The notes under the pieces were generated by a model. That model did no database searches. It saw nothing but the letters and a program-made list of their open reading frames with translations, and was not told where the DNA came from. Below are positions 63,464-64,000 of a stretch of 64,000 nt of DNA, piece by piece. The position numbers were made by a program, and so were the translations under genes. Origin of the DNA: Psilocybe cubensis (lineage: Eukaryota); the NCBI GenBank assembly GCA_017499595.2, contig CM039006.1:2914001-2978000 (forward strand), written 5' to 3'. The first letter of the stretch is position 1; each line of letters opens with the position of its first letter.

Positions 63464-64000
63464 TGAGAGGAAAGCTGTCGCGCGCGTCTATGACGCGCTG
63501 ATTAGATTAGATGTCAGCAAGTCGCGTTCTCTCAAAGGCCTTTGTTCATGCTCTCGTATATAGTCACTCGTTTTCTGATCCTTCCCTTTTCTCATCTCTC
63601 TTCATACTCACATAGCTCGTTAGGTTTGTTTAGATCTTGTAGACATCTCTCTTCATACTCACATAGCTCGTTAGGCCTTGCCTAAGGCTCTTTTTGCATC
63701 AGCCATTCCGGCACGCTTGAGAGACGCTCGTGGCCGCTTTCTCCCTGGGTCATTAAACACCCAAGCGTCGTCTGACAGTGAAAGCGACTCTGTACTTTCG
63801 CAGTCAACCTCCGGGCAGTCAACCGACGACGAATCACAACTAGTGGCCGCGCTTCTGAGTGTTTCCCTTTCATCACCAACTCCCTCTTCTCCATCGTCCC
63901 TTTCATCAACATCGGAGTCTAACATGTCCTCTTCTGCTAGTGGTGAAGGAAACTCCCCGTCAAATGGCATGGGTTTCGGTTCAGGCATCATGCTCACCAA
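63464..64000 (+). mobile_element. Possible 5' end of an LTR retrotransposon (LTR plus gag-like Ser-rich leader), truncated by the window edge
   Basis: Short TG...CA-bounded segment with a TATA-like motif and pyrimidine tract, followed by an open + strand frame (RLRDARGRFLPGS...SDSESDS...MSSSASG); no second LTR or pol gene visible. Confidence 0.3.
63593..63675 (+). repeat. 32-bp direct repeat, two copies
   Basis: catctctcttcatactcacatagctcgttagg at about 63593-63624 and 63644-63675. Confidence 0.85.

Overview
Intron-rich fungal DNA, most likely from an Agaricomycete basidiomycete (inferred from ~50-70 nt GT-AG introns and the gene families present). The window is dominated by a dispersed tandem array of 12 paralogous seven-transmembrane, GPCR-like genes of the DUF6533 type: 11 look intact and 1 is a truncated pseudogene. 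I assembled them by hand from splice signals, and each has about 14-15 exons in about 1.7 kb. In 10 of the 11 intact copies the Phe-Cys codons at the start of predicted TM3 are built from two consecutive 2-nt micro-exons; the eleventh uses one 4-nt exon. Embedded in the array are an apparently intact HAD-phosphatase/class II terpene cyclase fusion (drimane-synthase type, DLDTT motif), a cytochrome P450 apparently inactivated by one internal deletion, and decayed copies of an unidentified gene family flanking these enzyme genes. Other content: a SnoaL/NTF2-like gene, a Ser/Thr-rich GPI-anchored protein gene, a WSC-domain relic, a DUF6699-like gene, an NmrA/EasG-like reductase gene, and three DNA-transposon insertions with readable terminal inverted repeats and target-site duplications (TA, 9 bp and 5 bp). 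All family assignments come from motif recognition by eye; no database search was run.
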